Assembly: GCA_016342645.1 (NCBI GenBank)
Contig: JAEINX010000006.1
Coordinates: forward strand, 1 to 62,901
Direction: 5' to 3'
Length of the DNA stretch: 62,901 bases
From: Bacteroidales bacterium
Lineage (GTDB): Bacteria > Bacteroidota > Bacteroidia > Bacteroidales > JAEINX01
Below the pieces are notes generated by a model that made no database searches, was not told the origin of the DNA, and was given only the letters and a program-made list of their open reading frames with translations. Positions 9,157 to 19,333 of this stretch are shown one piece after another. Within the stretch, counting starts at the first letter, position 1, and each line of letters begins with the position of its first letter. A program made the position numbers and the translations under genes.

Positions 9157-11031
9157 ATGCAAATAACTGTAAAGCGAAAATCAAACCGATTACATCCTGA
9201 CGCATCCCGTGTTATCATAAGATATTGTATTCCAGAATCACCAAAAAGATTAATTCAAGAAATTATGGAATTTCCAGATAAAAAATGTGATATTTTATTA
9301 ACTCAAACTCTAAGGGAGTTCTCGAGTCGTCATAGGAATATTTCAAGAACCCTGAAAAATTATTTTGACAAATCAATAAACATTATTAATGAATTAAAAA
9401 TTGATCCAAATTCTATTTCCAATGAACGTCAACTTTTAATAGGATCATATTTTGCAGGAGAATATTCTATTGAGTCGGCGGCATTTTTCAATCCTTCAAT
9501 AGTTGAAGACCCCGATCAGACTAATCTTGGTCCTAATGAAAAGCGTATAATAGTAAGTTTCAGAGCAACAGGCGAAGGACATATTTCATCGGTTGTTTTT
9601 AGAGGAGGAATTATTGATAAGAAAAATAATTTAAGTTTTAATCCTCAAGGAATTTATCTTGATGAGCCTGAATTCATTAAAAAGCAAATTTATAATAAAG
9701 AGAAATTTATTAATAAGTTGAACGAAATGAATATCAAAAAGGATATTATTTCGGTGGTAATGAATCAATTGAATGATAATTTCACTTATAAAGAACTGAC
9801 AAAAACCATACAGAAGGTCTCCGCAGAAACAAAACTTTCTTATACAAAGAAAAAAGTGTTACAAGCAATTAACTGGCTTGCAAGCTCTCACTACGAAATT
9901 AGTTTTTCTCTTGATACGGCAATTTCCGAAAGGGTGATATTCCCAATAATTTCGGATGAAAGAAACGGAATTGAAGATGCACGTTTTGTAAAATTTACTT
10001 ATGATGACGGAAAAATTAAATATTATGCAACTTATACTGCCTATAACGGATATGCAATTTTACCTAAACTAATTGAAACCGAAGACTTTTATCATTTCAG
10101 AATAATGCCCTTACATGGAAAATATGCCCAAAACAAAGGCATGGCACTTTTCCCACGAAAAATCAACGGGAAATATGTAATGCTTTCAAGAATTGATGGT
10201 ATTAATAATTATATTATGTATTCGAATGATATTAATATTTGGGAAAATGCCAAGATAATTCAAAAACCGATGCAAGGATGGGAGTTAATTAAAATCGGGA
10301 ATTCAGGCTCCCCTATTGAAACCGAACACGGCTGGCTTGTTATTACTCACGGAGTTGGGAATATGAGAAAATATTGTATCAGCGCCATTCTCCTCGACCT
10401 TGAGGATCCTTCAAAAATTATTGGAAAATTAGATGAACCTTTAATTTCGCCAAATACAGAAGAAAGAGAAGGTTATGTACCTAATGTAGTTTATTCGTGT
10501 GGATCGATAATTCATAATAATGAGTTAATTATTCCTTATGCAATGTCGGATTACGCATCGACTTTTGCCAGCGTGCGTTTAAATGAATTGTTCAATGCTT
10601 TGATTCCTTCGAGATTGAGTTTTAAGAAAAAAGAAAAACCTTTGAATAAATTCAGAATTTTGATTGTTGAAGATGATTTAATTCAACAAAAAATATTTTA
10701 TAAGCTTCTTGTTCAAGAGGGCTACGAAGTAGAAGTTGCTGATAATGGAGCAGATGCGTTACTATATATTGGAAAGAAAAAATTCGATATAATTCTCTCA
10801 GATTTACTAATGCCTGACATGGATGGATTTGGCTTAATAAAATTCCTGAATTCAAAAAACATTAAAATTCCCGTAATTTTTATCACAGGAGAGGAAGACA
10901 AAGAATCTGAGTTAAAGGGCTTGCAACTTGGAGCAGTCGATTATCTTACTAAACCTGTCGATAAAGAAATATTATTAATCAAATTGGAAAAATTTTTAAT
11001 AAAAAATGGATTGTCATTTAATGGTCATTAA
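9157..11031 (+). CDS. GH130/DUF377-like glycosidase or phosphorylase fused to a C-terminal receiver domain
   Basis: AAFFNPS, GIEDARFV, NKGMALFP, EREGYVPNVVYSCG; receiver motifs IVEDD, DLLMPDMDG, ITG, KP. Confidence 0.85.
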   Translation: MQITVKRKSNRLHPDASRVIIRYCIPESPKRLIQEIMEFPDKKCDILLTQTLREFSSRHRNISRTLKNYFDKSINIINELKIDPNSISNERQLLIGSYFAGEYSIESAAFFNPSIVEDPDQTNLGPNEKRIIVSFRATGEGHISSVVFRGGIIDKKNNLSFNPQGIYLDEPEFIKKQIYNKEKFINKLNEMNIKKDIISVVMNQLNDNFTYKELTKTIQKVSAETKLSYTKKKVLQAINWLASSHYEISFSLDTAISERVIFPIISDERNGIEDARFVKFTYDDGKIKYYATYTAYNGYAILPKLIETEDFYHFRIMPLHGKYAQNKGMALFPRKINGKYVMLSRIDGINNYIMYSNDINIWENAKIIQKPMQGWELIKIGNSGSPIETEHGWLVITHGVGNMRKYCISAILLDLEDPSKIIGKLDEPLISPNTEEREGYVPNVVYSCGSIIHNNELIIPYAMSDYASTFASVRLNELFNALIPSRLSFKKKEKPLNKFRILIVEDDLIQQKIFYKLLVQEGYEVEVADNGADALLYIGKKKFDIILSDLLMPDMDGFGLIKFLNSKNIKIPVIFITGEEDKESELKGLQLGAVDYLTKPVDKEILLIKLEKFLIKNGLSFNGH

Positions 11032-11091
11032 GTGGTCATTCTATTGTCATCTAATAGTCATTAAGTGGTCATTAATTGGTCATTAATTGGT
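11011..11091. repeat. 11-bp tandem repeat (TGGTCATTAAN) x7 overlapping the stop codon
   Basis: Read directly from the sequence. Confidence 0.85.
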
Positions 11092-11138
11092 TCACCGGTT
11101 GATTCTGATGAAGTATAAAAGTATATAATGAATTTCGG

Positions 11139-11219
11139 TAGTTTCCATATTTCCACTATTTCCCTTATTTCCTTTATTTCCTTTATTTCTCCTATTTCCT
11201 TTATTTCCCTTACTTTCCC
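11139..11219. repeat. 9-bp tandem repeat (TATTTCCYY) x9
   Basis: Read directly; same unit as 9015-9070. Confidence 0.9.
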
Positions 11220-11315
11220 CATCCACAATAATACTTGTTCTTAATTTTTCGTGCATGTTAAACCTGATTAGTTGCAAATTTTTACTTATTTTGCCCGGTC
11301 ATAATATAATCAAAT

Positions 11316-12623
11316 ATGCTGTTAATTTTTTCTCCAAAGATAAGTAAACGTTTAAAATATATTTTTAAACTGATTTTTAAAGATATCATTGGAACTGAAT
11401 TTGAAATAACAAATAATTCAGAGAAATTTCAATTTTTTGAAGGAATAAAAATAAATTATTCAACAAAATCATTTAAAGATGAAATATTTTTTTATTCTTC
11501 AAATTTTTTATTCGAAATCGGTATTGTCGAGCAAGAATTAAAATTTATTGATTTTGAAGATACCAAAGCATTTTTCCCTAATAATGAAAAGAAATCAGCA
11601 TTAACTTTTGATCCATTTGCTGTTAGTTTTTACCTCGTAAGCCGCTATGAAGAATACCTGCCTTATGTTAGAGATAAATACAGCCGTTTTGAGGCCAAAG
11701 AAAGCATTGCGTTTAAAAATGGTTTCTTGCAAAAACCACTCGTCAATATTTATGCTCATAAAATTGCTCAAATTATTTCAAATAAATTTCCAGAATTTAA
11801 ACCAAAAACCCGAAAATTTTCTTTTTTCCCAACCATTGATATTGATGCTGCTTATTCATATAAATGTAAAGGCGTTTTTAGGAGTTTGGGAGGATATTAT
11901 AAATCAATAATTAAACTTGATTTTCAAGAAATATTAGAAAGAACAGAGGTTATTTTAGGGCTAAAAAAAGATCCTTTCGACTCTTATGATTTTCAATTTA
12001 AGATTCAAAAAAAATATGGACTAAAACCAATTTATTTCATCCTTTTTGCCGATTACGGCCTTAACGATAAAAATATTTCGGTTAATAATTTTAAGTTCCA
12101 AACTTTAGTCAAATCACTTGGTGATTATGCCGAGCTTGGAATTCACCCTTCATATGGTTCGAATTCGAATACTGAAAAACTGAAAAAAGAAGTAAAAAAA
12201 CTTTCTCAGATTCTCAAAAAAGAAATCACTAAAAGTCGTCAACATTTTCTTAAACTTAGCTTGCCAACAACTTATCGTAATCTTTTAAACCTTGATATTA
12301 CGGATGATTATACAATGGGTTATGCGTCCGAACCCGGTTTCAGGGCAAGTATTTGCGATACATTTTACTTTTATGATCTTGACCTTGAAACAGAAACAAA
12401 CCTGCGAATCCATCCATTCGCATTTATGGATGGAACTTTAAGGGATTATAAGCAACTTTCTGACAAAGAATCTTTAATAATTATTAAATCATTAATTGAA
12501 GAAATAAAAAAAGTTAATGGAACTTTTATAAGTATATGGCACAACGAATCATTAAGTAATAAAAAACGTTGGGAAGGATGGAGAAATGTTTATGAAGAAA
12601 TGATTAAAATTAGTAAGAATTGA
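11316..12623 (+). CDS. Polysaccharide deacetylase-family protein
   Basis: PTIDID, ELGIHPSY, SRQHFL, DYTMGY, WHNE NodB-like motifs. Confidence 0.8.
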   Translation: MLLIFSPKISKRLKYIFKLIFKDIIGTEFEITNNSEKFQFFEGIKINYSTKSFKDEIFFYSSNFLFEIGIVEQELKFIDFEDTKAFFPNNEKKSALTFDPFAVSFYLVSRYEEYLPYVRDKYSRFEAKESIAFKNGFLQKPLVNIYAHKIAQIISNKFPEFKPKTRKFSFFPTIDIDAAYSYKCKGVFRSLGGYYKSIIKLDFQEILERTEVILGLKKDPFDSYDFQFKIQKKYGLKPIYFILFADYGLNDKNISVNNFKFQTLVKSLGDYAELGIHPSYGSNSNTEKLKKEVKKLSQILKKEITKSRQHFLKLSLPTTYRNLLNLDITDDYTMGYASEPGFRASICDTFYFYDLDLETETNLRIHPFAFMDGTLRDYKQLSDKESLIIIKSLIEEIKKVNGTFISIWHNESLSNKKRWEGWRNVYEEMIKISKN

Positions 12624-12683
12624 GATTTAAGATTTTTGATTTGAAGTTTGGAAATGCTTAAAATAAAATGAAAAAATAAAATC

Positions 12684-13616
12684 ATGATTAAATATTTGAA
12701 GCATAAAGAAATTGATAAAAGAAAATGGGATGATTGTATCAGATGTTCCGTCAATGGAATTATTTATGCTTATTCGTGGTATTTGGATGTGGTTTGCCCT
12801 GATTGGGAGGCTCTTGTTGAAGGTGATTATGAGCGAATCTTCCCTCTGACATGGCGAAGAAAAAATAAAATATTTTACCTTTTTCAGCCTGTTTTTTCAC
12901 AGCAATTAGGAGTTTTCTCAAGGAGTTTTCTGTCTGAGGAAATTGTTGATGCGTTTTTGAATGCCATTCCTTCGAAATTCAAACTTATTGAAATAAACTT
13001 AAACACCCATAATAAAACAAATAACACTGAATTCAAATGTTTTCAGCGAGTTACTTATGAGCTTGACTTGATTGATTCGTATGAAAATATTTACACAAAA
13101 TATTCAACTAACACAAAACGAAATATTAAGAAAGCCATAAAATCTAAGATTACAATTTCTCAAAATGTCAGACCGGAGGAAATAATAAAAATTTTTAGGA
13201 AACATCGTGGAAAAGATTTTAATGATTTAAAAGACACAGATTATCAAATTTTGTCAAGGTTGATGTATTTATGTCTATTTAAATCATGCGGATATGCTTA
13301 TGGAGCATATACAGAACAAAATGATTTATGTGCCGGTGTTTTTTTCGTAAAAAGTAATAAGAAGGTAATTTTCCTGTTTTCGGGCGTAAATAAAACAGCA
13401 AGAGAAAACGGTGCCATGTCTTTATTGATTGATCGCTTTATTAAAAACAATTCTCAAACTGCTTTGACTCTCGATTTCGAAGGCTCAATGGATGCAAATT
13501 TAGCAAGGTTTTATAAAAGTTTTGGTTCAACAAAATGTAAGTATTTACAAATCAGAAAAAATTCATTGGTTTTTTTCATTAAAATAGGAATGAAACTTAT
13601 TAAAGCCCTAAAATAA
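12684..13616 (+). CDS. FemAB/GNAT-fold acyltransferase
   Basis: IDKRKWD, YAYSWYLD, QQLG, LDFEGS...LARFYKSFG. Confidence 0.75.
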   Translation: MIKYLKHKEIDKRKWDDCIRCSVNGIIYAYSWYLDVVCPDWEALVEGDYERIFPLTWRRKNKIFYLFQPVFSQQLGVFSRSFLSEEIVDAFLNAIPSKFKLIEINLNTHNKTNNTEFKCFQRVTYELDLIDSYENIYTKYSTNTKRNIKKAIKSKITISQNVRPEEIIKIFRKHRGKDFNDLKDTDYQILSRLMYLCLFKSCGYAYGAYTEQNDLCAGVFFVKSNKKVIFLFSGVNKTARENGAMSLLIDRFIKNNSQTALTLDFEGSMDANLARFYKSFGSTKCKYLQIRKNSLVFFIKIGMKLIKALK

Positions 13617-13671
13617 CAATGTTTTAATTTTTGTGACCTCCTAATAAATTTGCTAATTACTACAGACTTTG

Positions 13672-13679
13672 TATATTTG
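13672..13679 (+). promoter_or_regulatory. Bacteroidota -7 promoter box upstream of upp
   Basis: TATATTTG matches TAnnTTTG about 40 nt before the start codon. Confidence 0.55.
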
Positions 13680-13717
13680 CATTATATAGTTGTTACTGTT
13701 TTAATAAAATTAAAATA

Positions 13718-14368
13718 ATGTTAAAAGTTTTAGGAAAACAAAATTCGTTGCTAAATCAGTATATTTCTGAAATTCGTAATGTTAACATACAAAAAGACAG
13801 CATGAGATTCAGAGCAAACTTCCAACGAATAGGTGAAATTTTTGCCTACGAAATAAGTAAGACATTGGAATATAATGAAGAAAACATTACTACATCTCTC
13901 GGGCAAATTGAAGGTTTGGAATTAAAGCAAATACCTGTTTTGGCTACTATTATGCGGGCCGGACTTCCATTCCATCGTGGGATGTTAAATTATTTTGATC
14001 ATTCTGAAAATGCCTTTGTTTCTGTATTTCGTAAGCATCACAAAAGTCGAAAAGCAGAAACAAAAGTTGAGTCAATTTCAAGCCCCGATCTCAGCGATAA
14101 GGTTATGATTTTAGCTGATGCAATGCTTGCCTCCGGTATTTCAATGGTGCTGTCTTACAAAGAATTGATTACAAGAGGAAAACCTATTCATACACACTTA
14201 GCCGTAATTGTAGCAAGCGAACAAGGAATTAATTATATTCAAAGAAAGCTTCCTGATGATAATATCACGATTTGGGTTGGAGAAATTGATGATGAATTAA
14301 CTGCTCAGGGATATATTGTTCCGGGCCTTGGTGATGCCGGTGATCTGGCTTTTGGTAGTAAAAAATAA
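13718..14368 (+). CDS. upp: Uracil phosphoribosyltransferase
   Basis: MRAGL, PRPP-binding DAMLASG, YIVPGLGDAGD. Confidence 0.9.
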   Translation: MLKVLGKQNSLLNQYISEIRNVNIQKDSMRFRANFQRIGEIFAYEISKTLEYNEENITTSLGQIEGLELKQIPVLATIMRAGLPFHRGMLNYFDHSENAFVSVFRKHHKSRKAETKVESISSPDLSDKVMILADAMLASGISMVLSYKELITRGKPIHTHLAVIVASEQGINYIQRKLPDDNITIWVGEIDDELTAQGYIVPGLGDAGDLAFGSKK

Positions 14369-14378
14369 ATAAATTATT

Positions 14379-15620
14379 ATGAATGCCAAGATAATTGAAA
14401 ATATTAGAATATCAATCGAATCAATTAAAAGTCATATTGTTCGTACAATCTTGACTGTTCTTATTATTGCGGTAGGAATAATGGCATTGGTTGGTATTTT
14501 GACAGCCATCGATTCTATAAAATTTTTTCTTAATGAAAATTTTACAATGATGGGCGCAAATACTTTTACAATTAGAAACAGAGAATTAGTTGTTAGGATA
14601 GGAAATAACAGAAATCAGGCAAAACGCTTCTCTCCAATTACTTATGATGAAGCAATGAGTTTTAAAGAAGAATTTGAGTTTCCGGCCTATACAACAGTTT
14701 ATGTTTGGGCAACCGGCACGGCTACACTAAAATATGAAGCAGAGAAAACTAATCCTAACACAAGAGTATTGGGCACTGATGAAAACTATTTAATTACTTC
14801 AGGATTAGAGATTGAAGAAGGAAGGAATTTTACACAAAATGAAGTTTTTTATGGGTCGAATGTAGTAATTATAGGTAGCCAATTAGTTAATAATTTATTT
14901 AAAAATAAACAAAGCCCGATTGGGAAAATAATTTCAATAGGGCCAGGAAAATATAAAATTATTGGAGTTTTAAAAGAAAAAGGTTCGAGCATAGGATTTA
15001 GTGGAGACAGAAGTTGTTTACTGCCATTAACTAATGTGCGACATTATTTCGCCCGGCCCAATATGACTTACACAATTAATGTTATGACGAAAAACCCTCA
15101 AGAACTTGAGCCTGCAATTGGCGAAGCAACCGGTTTGTTCCGTATCATTAGAAAAGATAGAATTGGCGATGAAGATACTTTTGGGATTTCAAAAAGCGAC
15201 AATATTGCTAAAATGTTGATTGATAATATTAAATACATTACTCTTGCAGCTACTATTATAGGTTTAATAACTTTATTTGGAGCTGCAATCGGATTAATGA
15301 ATATAATGTTGGTTTCGGTTACCGAAAGAACCCGAGAGATTGGAATAAGAAAAGCCATGGGAGCAACACGAAAAACTATTAGAAACCAATTTTTGGTTGA
15401 AGCTATCGTGATTGGACAATTCGGAGGTATTTTTGGTATAGTTTTGGGAATTCTTATTGGAAATATTGTTTCAATGATTATCGGAAGTAGTTTTATTATT
15501 CCTTGGCTTTGGATATTGCTTGGTGTAGCATTATGTTTCGCTGTTGCTTTGCTCTCAGGTTTTCTTCCTGCAACAAAAGCATCAAAACTTGATCCTATCG
15601 AATCGCTCAGGTATGAATAA
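14379..15620 (+). CDS. MacB/FtsX-family ABC transporter permease
   Basis: LMNIMLVSVTERTREIGIRKAMGA; KASKLDPIESLRYE. Confidence 0.9.
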   Translation: MNAKIIENIRISIESIKSHIVRTILTVLIIAVGIMALVGILTAIDSIKFFLNENFTMMGANTFTIRNRELVVRIGNNRNQAKRFSPITYDEAMSFKEEFEFPAYTTVYVWATGTATLKYEAEKTNPNTRVLGTDENYLITSGLEIEEGRNFTQNEVFYGSNVVIIGSQLVNNLFKNKQSPIGKIISIGPGKYKIIGVLKEKGSSIGFSGDRSCLLPLTNVRHYFARPNMTYTINVMTKNPQELEPAIGEATGLFRIIRKDRIGDEDTFGISKSDNIAKMLIDNIKYITLAATIIGLITLFGAAIGLMNIMLVSVTERTREIGIRKAMGATRKTIRNQFLVEAIVIGQFGGIFGIVLGILIGNIVSMIIGSSFIIPWLWILLGVALCFAVALLSGFLPATKASKLDPIESLRYE

Positions 15621-15764
15621 ATTTGATAAATAAATCCTTCCCGAGTAAAAATCCATCTCCTAAGAAGGTTAATTTTTTGTTAAATTTTAGAATTAACGGT
15701 CTAATTAAAAGAAAACAGCAATATCCTGATTATTCTTGACGGAATTTTGAATGTTTTTGTGTAA

Positions 15765-16268
15765 CTATCCTTTACTTGCAGGTTTAAGTTTATCTTCTTT
15801 AATAAATTTCTTAAAAACAGGGAGGAAAGAATAATACAATATAAATGAAAGTGGTATTGAAATAATTAACCATGCCAGAATTCCAAGTAAAGTTTGGAAC
15901 CATATATGTTGAATTGCAAATATCCAATTTTCCTTGAACATATTAATGATTTCATTTACAGAATATGAAACGAAGGAATAGCCAAAAATAATTTTCCCCA
16001 GCCTTATTAATGGAATAATTAGAAGTATTTGAAGAGGGTATAATGAGAAATTTATAAGAAGAATTACAGCTTTGTTAAGCCTGAAAATAAATGCAGCAAG
16101 TAAGCATAAAATTGTAGTAAAACCTATAATGGGAAAAATCCCAAAAACAACACCAAAAACAATTGTCAGCGATAGTTTTTCAGGTGTAATTCCTTGCTTA
16201 AGAAATCCTAAAATTGGAATCCAAAGTTGATATTTGAAATAATTTTTCGTTTTTAGCTCAAAAATAAT
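15765..16268 (-). CDS. DUF2062-like membrane protein (not in ORF track; no canonical start codon)
   Basis: Open frame ...FLKQGITPEKLSLTIVFGVVFGIFPIIGFTTILCLLAAFIFRLN...YPLQ... ending at TAG 15765-15767; only ATT codons near the 5' end. Confidence 0.7.
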   Translation of the reverse strand: MIFELKTKNYFKYQLWIPILGFLKQGITPEKLSLTIVFGVVFGIFPIIGFTTILCLLAAFIFRLNKAVILLINFSLYPLQILLIIPLIRLGKIIFGYSFVSYSVNEIINMFKENWIFAIQHIWFQTLLGILAWLIISIPLSFILYYSFLPVFKKFIKEDKLKPASKG

Positions 16269-16291
16269 AAAAAATGTTTTAAAATTTTATT

Positions 16292-16954
16292 TTATTCTCC
16301 AAATTGCTTGTTTTTATTAAACATAAAATTATTCGAAAATCTCTTTCCATTATTAAAATATCGAGAGTTTCCTTTTGAAACCCCAAATCCACCTTCAATT
16401 GAAAAGTTTTCATTAATAAAATATTGAAACTCCAACATTATTCCTTGGTTTTCAATATCAAATGCACGTGGATTAATTTTCGGATCATTTTGCAAGTTAC
16501 TTTCACGAAACAGCATTCCTTTAATTGAAAGCTTATCGTTTATCCAATATTGCCCTTCACCGTATAAACAAGTGTATGTAAAATTCCCTTTTTCAGGAAA
16601 GTAGTTTAACAATTCATTTGATGAATTAAGGAAATTATTCCTTCCAAGTATCATGCCTCCATTAAAACTAAGCTTCGGACTAACAATATAGGAAAATTGA
16701 GGTATAATAAAAGAATTCGAAAAAGTTGTGTTTTGAAAACCCAAACCAAAGCCTGCACCAACTTCCAATCTAATTTTTAATTTCTTTTCAAGAGAATCAA
16801 ATAAACCTAACGTATCATTTTGATTTAATTCATAATAATTATTGGGCTGATTGAAATAATTAACTCTATTAATATATTGGCCGAATACATTATTTACTAT
16901 GAAAAATATAATTGTTATATTTAAAAATATTTTCATATATTTCATTTCAAACAA
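16292..16954 (-). CDS. Hypothetical exported or outer-membrane beta-barrel-like protein
   Basis: Signal peptide; amphipathic strands (FQYFINENFSIEGGFGVS). Confidence 0.65.
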   Translation of the reverse strand: MFEMKYMKIFLNITIIFFIVNNVFGQYINRVNYFNQPNNYYELNQNDTLGLFDSLEKKLKIRLEVGAGFGLGFQNTTFSNSFIIPQFSYIVSPKLSFNGGMILGRNNFLNSSNELLNYFPEKGNFTYTCLYGEGQYWINDKLSIKGMLFRESNLQNDPKINPRAFDIENQGIMLEFQYFINENFSIEGGFGVSKGNSRYFNNGKRFSNNFMFNKNKQFGE

Positions 16955-17067
16955 AAATTTTTAAAATTTACTTCCTGCAAAAATTAAAAATATTTGGAAC
17001 AGGAACATTCAGTCCGCTAAATTAACTTTTTTTACTATAAATCCACTAAATTCAAACATATGTCCGT

Positions 17068-17114
17068 AAAAAAAAACTTCGCTCAGACCATAAACTTAGT
17101 CTGAGCGAAGTTTT
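17068..17114 (-). terminator. Rho-independent terminator of the T9SS cargo gene
   Basis: Stem aaaacttcgctcagac / gtctgagcgaagtttt with an adjacent A-run (U-tract on the minus strand). Confidence 0.85.
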
Positions 17115-17168
17115 AACTATTATAAATTTTTAAATGTAAATAAAAGTAATGTATATTGTTAATAAGAT

Positions 17169-18812
17169 TTATTGAACAATAAGCTTCCTTGTTACTTCAT
17201 TTCCGGTTTTTTCGTTGATAATATTCACGAAATAAACACCTTCGGAAAGATTATCAATATTGATTTCGTTCAGTTGCTTATTTATATTGGTTTTTAAAAC
17301 AAGCTTTCCAACAATTGAATAAATGTTAACGGTCAAACTATTTGTTAAATTAGCTTTAATATAGAAATGTTCAGATGCAGGGTTTGGATAAACATTAATA
17401 TTTTCGTTATTAACAATATCGCCAATTCCTTGTGATGCATTTCCTAAAACTAAAATATCGTCAACTTCCCATGTTGCAGATTCGGTATCAGTAGATTGGT
17501 ATCGGAAAGCAAGATAAACTGTTCCGTTATAGCTTGAAATATTAATTTCGCCCGAAGGAGTCCATTCAAAAAATCCTGGTGATAATTCTGCCTCAATGTT
17601 TGACCATGTTGCAGTATTAGGATCACCGGTGCCATCATAATCATTTGAAATTTTAACTTCAAAGTCTGGGCCTGTATAACTCATAGCAGTAACAAAACTA
17701 AAGGTTTCATTAATATAGTCATCAAAATTAAGTGCCGGTGATATCAACCAATCTTCATTTGCGTGGCTTTCTCCTTCTTCATATCCAGACATTTTAGCAA
17801 AATCATCACTACCATAACTGTCGGCATACCATATTTGAGTTCCTGTTACACTGTATTGGCTCCATGAACCGAGTGTTTGATCGTTGAAATTTTCGGAGTT
17901 AATAATTGTTAAGTCGGCAGTTGTTGCATTTGCAGCAGGAGGCGTTCCATCTGTTTTATAATCAATTGCAGCTCCTCCATTAGTATAAGAGAAAATTTTA
18001 AAATAATAGCTTGTATTTGCCAAAAGATTTAGAAATGAATATGCCTCAACTCCATTCCCAATATTCATAATACCGCTTCCATCAGCAAGATCGGCATCGT
18101 TAGATTCAGGTACACCATCAACAGGCAATTCAATATTATCTTCATTGCTTGCTTTTATTAAATAAGCAGTAGGTAATTGTTCGCCAATTGCGTCAACCCA
18201 TGACAGATTGATTGTGACACCTGAAGCATTAGCAGCAAAAGTTGTAGGGTAATTGGTCGGTTCGGGGGCAGGAGTACTTGAGGTAATAGAAAAATCATCA
18301 TAATAAACCGATCCTCCGAAAACAGTACCTTGTTTATAGACTCTTACCTCAAACCTAAAACCGGTTGCATTTGCAGGTGCAGTTAAAGTTACGCTGTAAT
18401 TAATCCAATCAGGATTGTCAACAGAATATTCAGATGAGCGTAATTCGTCTGCATTATCAGTTAGTGTAGTGGTTTCATTTTCCAACCAATATGACCAAAT
18501 TCGTGTACTAGCCTCAGGGTCATTGTCGTAATACCAGTAACTTATTTCATAAGTTTGGCCTCCGGTAATAGTCATTACATTTTGTTGTAAATCTTTTGAT
18601 GAGCTTGCAGAAGTATGCATAGCTGAGTATGTTCCGCCATGAACCAAATCAGTTGCCTGAGTGATGTTTTCGGCTTTGGTCCAGTCGGTGGGAGTGTTTG
18701 GGTCTGTCCATGCTTCTAAATTACCGTTTAAAACCTGATTTTGTGATTTAGCAATAAATGCCCCCGATAATAAGAAGATTGATAAAATTGTAAAAAGTAA
18801 AGTTTTTTTCAT
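17169..18812 (-). CDS. T9SS type A CTD secreted protein with carbohydrate-binding/adhesin-like beta-sandwich domains
   Basis: Signal peptide; NGNLE...W and VYYDDFS (CBM-like); NEDWLISP (cleaved-adhesin-like); CTD VYPNPA...GVYFV...KLIVQ. Confidence 0.85.
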   Translation of the reverse strand: MKKTLLFTILSIFLLSGAFIAKSQNQVLNGNLEAWTDPNTPTDWTKAENITQATDLVHGGTYSAMHTSASSSKDLQQNVMTITGGQTYEISYWYYDNDPEASTRIWSYWLENETTTLTDNADELRSSEYSVDNPDWINYSVTLTAPANATGFRFEVRVYKQGTVFGGSVYYDDFSITSSTPAPEPTNYPTTFAANASGVTINLSWVDAIGEQLPTAYLIKASNEDNIELPVDGVPESNDADLADGSGIMNIGNGVEAYSFLNLLANTSYYFKIFSYTNGGAAIDYKTDGTPPAANATTADLTIINSENFNDQTLGSWSQYSVTGTQIWYADSYGSDDFAKMSGYEEGESHANEDWLISPALNFDDYINETFSFVTAMSYTGPDFEVKISNDYDGTGDPNTATWSNIEAELSPGFFEWTPSGEINISSYNGTVYLAFRYQSTDTESATWEVDDILVLGNASQGIGDIVNNENINVYPNPASEHFYIKANLTNSLTVNIYSIVGKLVLKTNINKQLNEINIDNLSEGVYFVNIINEKTGNEVTRKLIVQ

Positions 18813-18956
18813 GTTTTAATTATTTAAATAAGTATTTTATTTTTTATAGTGTAAAATTACTAAATATTTTAGTTCTACTTTTGTTTTAGTGGAAATAATA
18901 TCAGAAACAAAATTATTAATATATTTGTTAAAGAAATTTTATTAAAAACAAAACAA

Positions 18957-19187
18957 ATGGAAAAGTTAAAAACCGGTGATATAGTGCAATTAAAAACAGG
19001 TGGCCCGAAAATGACTATTCAAAGATTTATTGGAGTTGAACACGAAGTCTCATTTCAAATGGTCGACGATTATATTAAGATGATGAAAGGCTTTAAAGAT
19101 GGCGATATAATTTGCCAATGGTTTGAAGGTAACGAACTTAAAAGTGGAACCTTCTCTAAAGAGTCGATAATAAGAATCGAAGAATAG
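18957..19187 (+). CDS. DUF2158/YodC-family small protein
   Basis: KTGDIVQLKTGGPKMTI...CQWF; TATATTTG promoter box at 18920-18927. Confidence 0.85.
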   Translation: MEKLKTGDIVQLKTGGPKMTIQRFIGVEHEVSFQMVDDYIKMMKGFKDGDIICQWFEGNELKSGTFSKESIIRIEE

Positions 19188-19333
19188 TAAAATAGTATTT
19201 TTTGATTTTTTTTAGCATACCAAAAAAATCAAAAACAAATAGTAGAAAAAATAAATTCCCTTAATGATAATTGTGGTTTAAATTATTTAATTTCGCACAA
19301 GAAATTATATAAATATAAAATACCTATTAGCAA

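Noticed and set aside
11092-11277. 61-aa ORF with GNK repeats
   Set aside because: Translation of the 9-bp tandem array on the opposite strand
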